A stretch of 64,000 nt of DNA from Candidatus Latescibacterota bacterium (lineage in GTDB: Bacteria > Latescibacterota > UBA2968 > GCA-2709665). Position numbers and translations under genes: made by a program. Positions 60,268-64,000 of this stretch are shown here, one piece after another (position 1 is the stretch's first letter; each line of letters starts with the position of its first letter). Location of the stretch: positions 1 to 64,000 of the forward strand of contig CAXXXF010000005.1 of assembly GCA_963667175.2 (NCBI GenBank). The letters are read 5' to 3'. The notes beneath the pieces were generated by a model. It was not told the DNA's origin. It did not search any database and was given only the letters and a program-made list of their open reading frames with translations.

Positions 60268-61467
60268 CTAACGGTCGATCTCACCCAGTACGATATCGAT
60301 GCTTCCGATAATGGCGATAATGTCCGCCAGATAATGGCCCCGGGCAAGTTCGTCGAAAACACTCATCACCGTAAAGCAGGGCGACTTCACCCGTACCCGG
60401 TACGGCACGTTCGATCCGTCGCTGATCACGTAAACCCCCAATTCGCCCCGGGGGTTTTCGCTTCGCACGTAACACTCGGCGTCTTTGGGTGGACGCACGT
60501 TCCGGGGGACCGCCGCCTGTACGTCGCCGCCTTCGGGCAACTGATCGAGCGCCTGGGACACGATCCTTGCGCTTTGCTCCATCTCGCGAATCCGCACCAT
60601 GTACCGGTCCCAGCAATCCCCCAGGGTCCCCATCTCGCCCCTGCCACAGGGCACGTCGAATTCGAACCGGTCGTATATTGAATACGGTTCGTCGCGGCGC
60701 AGGTCCCACTTCACCCCGCACCCCCGGAGATTGGGGCCGGTAACGTTGTGGCTGTACGCCGACTTCAGGGCAAGCACGCCGACGTTGGCCGTGCGTTCGA
60801 TAAAGATCTTATTGTACGTCAGCAGGTCGTTATACTCTTTCAGCTTCCCTTCGAACGCGGCCAGGAAGTGCCGGCAGCGCTCCACGAATCCCGGCGGCAG
60901 ATCGTGAGAGACCCCTCCCACCCAGATGTAGTTGTACAACATCCGGGCTCCGCACGTCATTTCAAACAGGTCGAAAATGTCCTCCCGTTCTCGGAAGGCA
61001 AACAAAAAGGGCGTAAACGCCCCGATATCCATTCCATAGGTCCCGAACGAAACCAGGTGGCTCGCAATCCGGTTCAACTCGCACATGATGACCCGGATGT
61101 ACTCCACGCGCTCCGGAATCTCGAGCCCCAGGAGTTTTTCGACCGCCAGCACGTACCCCAGGTTGTTGTTCATTGCCGCCAGGTAATCCATTCGGTCCGT
61201 GAATGGGATCACCTGCGGATACGGCAGGTTTTCGGCATGCTTTTCGAAGCATCGATGCAGATAACCTATATGGGGTTTCGCCTCCTCGACGATTTCTCCG
61301 TCTGTCCTGATTTCCAGACGCAGCACCCCGTGCGTACTCGGATGCTGGGGTCCCATATTTATGGTCATCAGTTCACTGTTGAGATTGTCCTCCCCCGTGT
61401 CCGCTGCCGGCGGCAGACCCGGCCGCTCTACCGTCACGTCTGCCGCCGCCCGTGGAATCCCTGCCAT
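60268..61467 (-). CDS. nuoD: NADH-quinone oxidoreductase subunit D
   Basis: NMGPQHPSTHGVLR, GYLHR, ENPRGE, DIVLGEIDR. Confidence 0.96.
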   Translation of the reverse strand: MAGIPRAAADVTVERPGLPPAADTGEDNLNSELMTINMGPQHPSTHGVLRLEIRTDGEIVEEAKPHIGYLHRCFEKHAENLPYPQVIPFTDRMDYLAAMNNNLGYVLAVEKLLGLEIPERVEYIRVIMCELNRIASHLVSFGTYGMDIGAFTPFLFAFREREDIFDLFEMTCGARMLYNYIWVGGVSHDLPPGFVERCRHFLAAFEGKLKEYNDLLTYNKIFIERTANVGVLALKSAYSHNVTGPNLRGCGVKWDLRRDEPYSIYDRFEFDVPCGRGEMGTLGDCWDRYMVRIREMEQSARIVSQALDQLPEGGDVQAAVPRNVRPPKDAECYVRSENPRGELGVYVISDGSNVPYRVRVKSPCFTVMSVFDELARGHYLADIIAIIGSIDIVLGEIDR

Positions 61468-61470
61468 AAT

Positions 61471-61941
61471 TTATACCTCAACCCTGATGCCGCGATAATA
61501 TTCCTGCACCTCGTAATCCTTGCGCAGGGGCCAGCCTTCCCAGTCGTCGGGACACAGGATGCGCCGCAGGTCGCCGTGGCCGTCGAAAACGATCCCGAAC
61601 ATATCGAACGTTTCGCGCTCGTGCCAGTTCGCCACCCGCCATACCCCTTCCACGGACGGCATATGGGGATCGTCTCTACCCACCTCCGTCTTCAATGTAA
61701 TCTTGTGCCCCAGAGACGTGGAGAACAGATGATAGATCACCGCAAGGTGTTTCGGATAATCCACCCCGCTCAGACACATCAGAGACTCGAACCGCATCGC
61801 CTCGTCGTCCCGAAGGTACAGGCCGATTTCGGCAATTGCGCCGGCATTCACGCGAATGAACGGATCCACGTTTTCCGTAAGATCCACAACCCGGTCGCCG
61901 AACGTCGACTTCAGCCGGTCGAAGATCTCCTGCGGTGTCAT
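61471..61941 (-). CDS. nuoC: NADH-quinone oxidoreductase subunit C
   Basis: ANWHERETFDMFGIVFDGHGDLRRIL...PLRKDY. Confidence 0.95.
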   Translation of the reverse strand: MTPQEIFDRLKSTFGDRVVDLTENVDPFIRVNAGAIAEIGLYLRDDEAMRFESLMCLSGVDYPKHLAVIYHLFSTSLGHKITLKTEVGRDDPHMPSVEGVWRVANWHERETFDMFGIVFDGHGDLRRILCPDDWEGWPLRKDYEVQEYYRGIRVEV

Positions 61942-61984
61942 TGACTGCCTCCAGCCGCTCTCCGGCAAAGACTGCTGTCGAAAC

Positions 61985-62470
61985 TCAACTCACTTTCGCG
62001 ATGGAATCGATGCGGATCTTGTCCTGGAGTTTCATTACGCCCTCGAGCAGGGCCTCCGGCCTCGGCGGGCAGCCCGGGACGTAGACGTCGACCGGCACGA
62101 CCCGGTCAACACCCTTCAAGACGTGGTAACCGTGCTGCCAGTACGGGCCACCGGACGTGGCGCAGCAACCCATGGACATCACGTACCGGGGCTCAGCCAT
62201 CTGGTCGTACAATTTCTTCACGCGCGTGGCCATTTTCAGGGTCACCGTACCGGCCACGATCATCAGATCGGACTGCCGGGGCGTGGCGCGCGGGACCATG
62301 CCCAGTCGCGACCAGTCGTATCTCGACGCGCCCGTGGCCATCATTTCGATGGCGCAGCACGCCAATCCGAACGTCATCGGCCAGAGCGAAGACAACCGCG
62401 CCCAATTTACGAAATAATCGACCGACGTCACGATGACGTTATCCTGGAAACGACCTGTGAGCTTTCCCAT
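61985..62470 (-). CDS. nuoB: NADH-quinone oxidoreductase subunit B
   Basis: [32 protein letters not shown]. Confidence 0.96.
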   Translation of the reverse strand: MGKLTGRFQDNVIVTSVDYFVNWARLSSLWPMTFGLACCAIEMMATGASRYDWSRLGMVPRATPRQSDLMIVAGTVTLKMATRVKKLYDQMAEPRYVMSMGCCATSGGPYWQHGYHVLKGVDRVVPVDVYVPGCPPRPEALLEGVMKLQDKIRIDSIAKVS

Positions 62471-62604
62471 AGAAGGGCCTGCCTCCTGAAGCACTCAGCG
62501 GGACTGATTAACGTGAAACGCCGTGAATGAAACGCGGGTACGCAAGAGAGGGCGGCCTTGATTCGGTTCCCGCGCCCGCGACGGGCTCAGTTCCGGCGGG
62601 CGGA

Positions 62605-63024
62605 TCAGCCCGCGCGGCCACCCGTTGTCGAAGCGGCCACCGGCGCCTGCCGCTCCGACAGCTTGGGACGGACCCATTCCAGGGCCCCCTTCCGCCAGGC
62701 GTACGCCAGGCCGAGAAGGAGCACCACCACGAAAACAGACATTGCGCCAAAGCCGTACCAGCCGAAATCATTCGCCACCACCGCCCACGGATACAGCAGT
62801 ACGACTTCGACGTCGAAGATGATGAAATCCAGGGCGATCACGTAAAACCGGATATTGAATTGAATCCACGATCCGCCCACGGGCTCTTCACCGCATTCGT
62901 ACGTACTCAGTTTCTCCGCACTGGGATTCCGGGGCCGGATCAGACTCCCAATGAACAGATTGACGACCACGAAGAGCCCGCCGATCCCCAGAAAAATCAG
63001 GACGTTGGCATATTGATCCAGCAT
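62605..63024 (-). CDS. nuoA: NADH-quinone oxidoreductase subunit A
   Basis: YECG, FIIFDVEVVLLYPWA, YAWRKGALEW. Confidence 0.95.
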   Translation of the reverse strand: MLDQYANVLIFLGIGGLFVVVNLFIGSLIRPRNPSAEKLSTYECGEEPVGGSWIQFNIRFYVIALDFIIFDVEVVLLYPWAVVANDFGWYGFGAMSVFVVVLLLGLAYAWRKGALEWVRPKLSERQAPVAASTTGGRAG

Positions 63025-63247
63025 GGGTTCGGGGCCTCATGAAGTGACACGCGATGAGGAGGGGCGGCGTGACGGCGCAGGCCGGAATTCCAACGCCGCG
63101 CCCATTTGGAACCGACGGCGATAAATAAGCGAAAACCTGACGCTTCTGTCAAGGGAAAAGCACCCGTCAGACATCCCATTCGCCGGACGCCTCGGGCCCG
63201 GCTCGAGGCAGATCCGGAAAACTTGACTTTTTCGTACATTTTTAATC

Positions 63248-63276
63248 TTGACACGTGGTTGCGGATTGGGTATGTT
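63248..63276 (+). promoter_or_regulatory. sigma70-type promoter upstream of sufB
   Basis: TTGACA, 17 nt, TATGTT. Confidence 0.55.
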
Positions 63277-63362
63277 AGGGTTGAATTCAGGAAACGTTAT
63301 TGTCACGTCATAGAAAATGCAACAAAACTAATGCCCTTTTAAGCTGATGAAGGGAGCGCCCG

Positions 63363-64000
63363 ATGGGTGGGGAAGTACAGGAACTCGAAGAACTCGCAAC
63401 GAGAGAATACAAATACGGCTTCGTAACGGACGTCGAACAGGACGCCGCGCCGCCCGGCCTGAACGAGGACATCATCGCCTTCATTTCCCGGAAGAAGAGC
63501 GAACCGGACTGGCTGTTGCAGTGGCGGCTCAAAGCCTATCACAACTGGCTCAAGATGGAGGATCCGACCCGTCGCAAGCGAAGCCGGCAGTGGGCTATGG
63601 TCGACTATCCTGATATCGACTACCAGAATATCATCTATTATTCGGCGCCCAAGGAGGCGGAGACGCTGCAGAGCCTCGACGAGGTAGACCCTGAAATCCT
63701 TCGGACCTACGAAAAACTGGGCATCCCCCTCGAGGAGCAGAAGATACTGGCCGGCGTGGCGGTCGACGCCGTTTTCGACAGCGTTTCCGTAGCCACCACG
63801 TTCAAGGACAAGCTTTCCGAACTGGGAGTCATCTTCTGTTCGTTTTCGGAAGCGGTGCACGAGCACCCCGAACTGGTGAGAAAATATCTCGGTTCCGTCG
63901 TGCCGTACAACGACAATTTCTTCGCCGCGCTAAACTCCGCCGTCTTTACCGACGGCTCTTTCTGCTACATCCCGCGGGGTGTGCGGTGTCCGATGGAACT
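63363..64000 (+). CDS. sufB: Fe-S cluster assembly protein SufB (5' part, runs off window)
   Basis: Manual translation MGGEVQELEELATREYKYGFVTD...GLNEDII...EPDWLLQWRLKAY...KLGIPLEEQ...AVDAVFDSVSVATTF...FAALNSAVFTDGSFCYIPRGVRCPME. Not in the ORF track. Confidence 0.95.
   Translation, partial: MGGEVQELEELATREYKYGFVTDVEQDAAPPGLNEDIIAFISRKKSEPDWLLQWRLKAYHNWLKMEDPTRRKRSRQWAMVDYPDIDYQNIIYYSAPKEAETLQSLDEVDPEILRTYEKLGIPLEEQKILAGVAVDAVFDSVSVATTFKDKLSELGVIFCSFSEAVHEHPELVRKYLGSVVPYNDNFFAALNSAVFTDGSFCYIPRGVRCPME

Overview
GC-rich bacterial chromosome segment. SprA, LptFG, a TonB-dependent receptor and a heparinase with an EF-hand/dockerin-like module point to a diderm FCB-group organism; a Latescibacterota-like host is an inference. 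The first ~20.5 kb, downstream of tRNA-fMet, is accessory. It holds decayed toxin-antitoxin and AAA genes, a split thioredoxin-like gene, a TonB receptor, a CreD-like protein and a Type I restriction-modification locus. That locus is HTH-fused hsdM, an aspartic protease, hsdS, ~5 kb of HNH/HEPN/TA cargo, hsdR and an M48 peptidase. The rest is mostly core: nrdR-nrdJ, tRNA-Arg/His, Nth-like, HD protein, M23, lptFG, sprA-comEA-coaD-obgE-dprA, lexA, an 11-gene nuo operon without nuoEFG, and the start of sufB. The strongest hidden signals are two genes the ORF track breaks at an in-frame TGA, each followed by a SECIS-like hairpin. One is a UxxC thioredoxin-fold lipoprotein (2967-3563). The other, more unusual, is an outer-membrane beta-barrel with a putative selenocysteine just after its signal peptide (30125-31090), upstream of a beta-propeller lipoprotein. 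A GAAC-N4-GTTC box sits in the lexA promoter spacer. All family assignments come from motif recognition by eye, not database searches.
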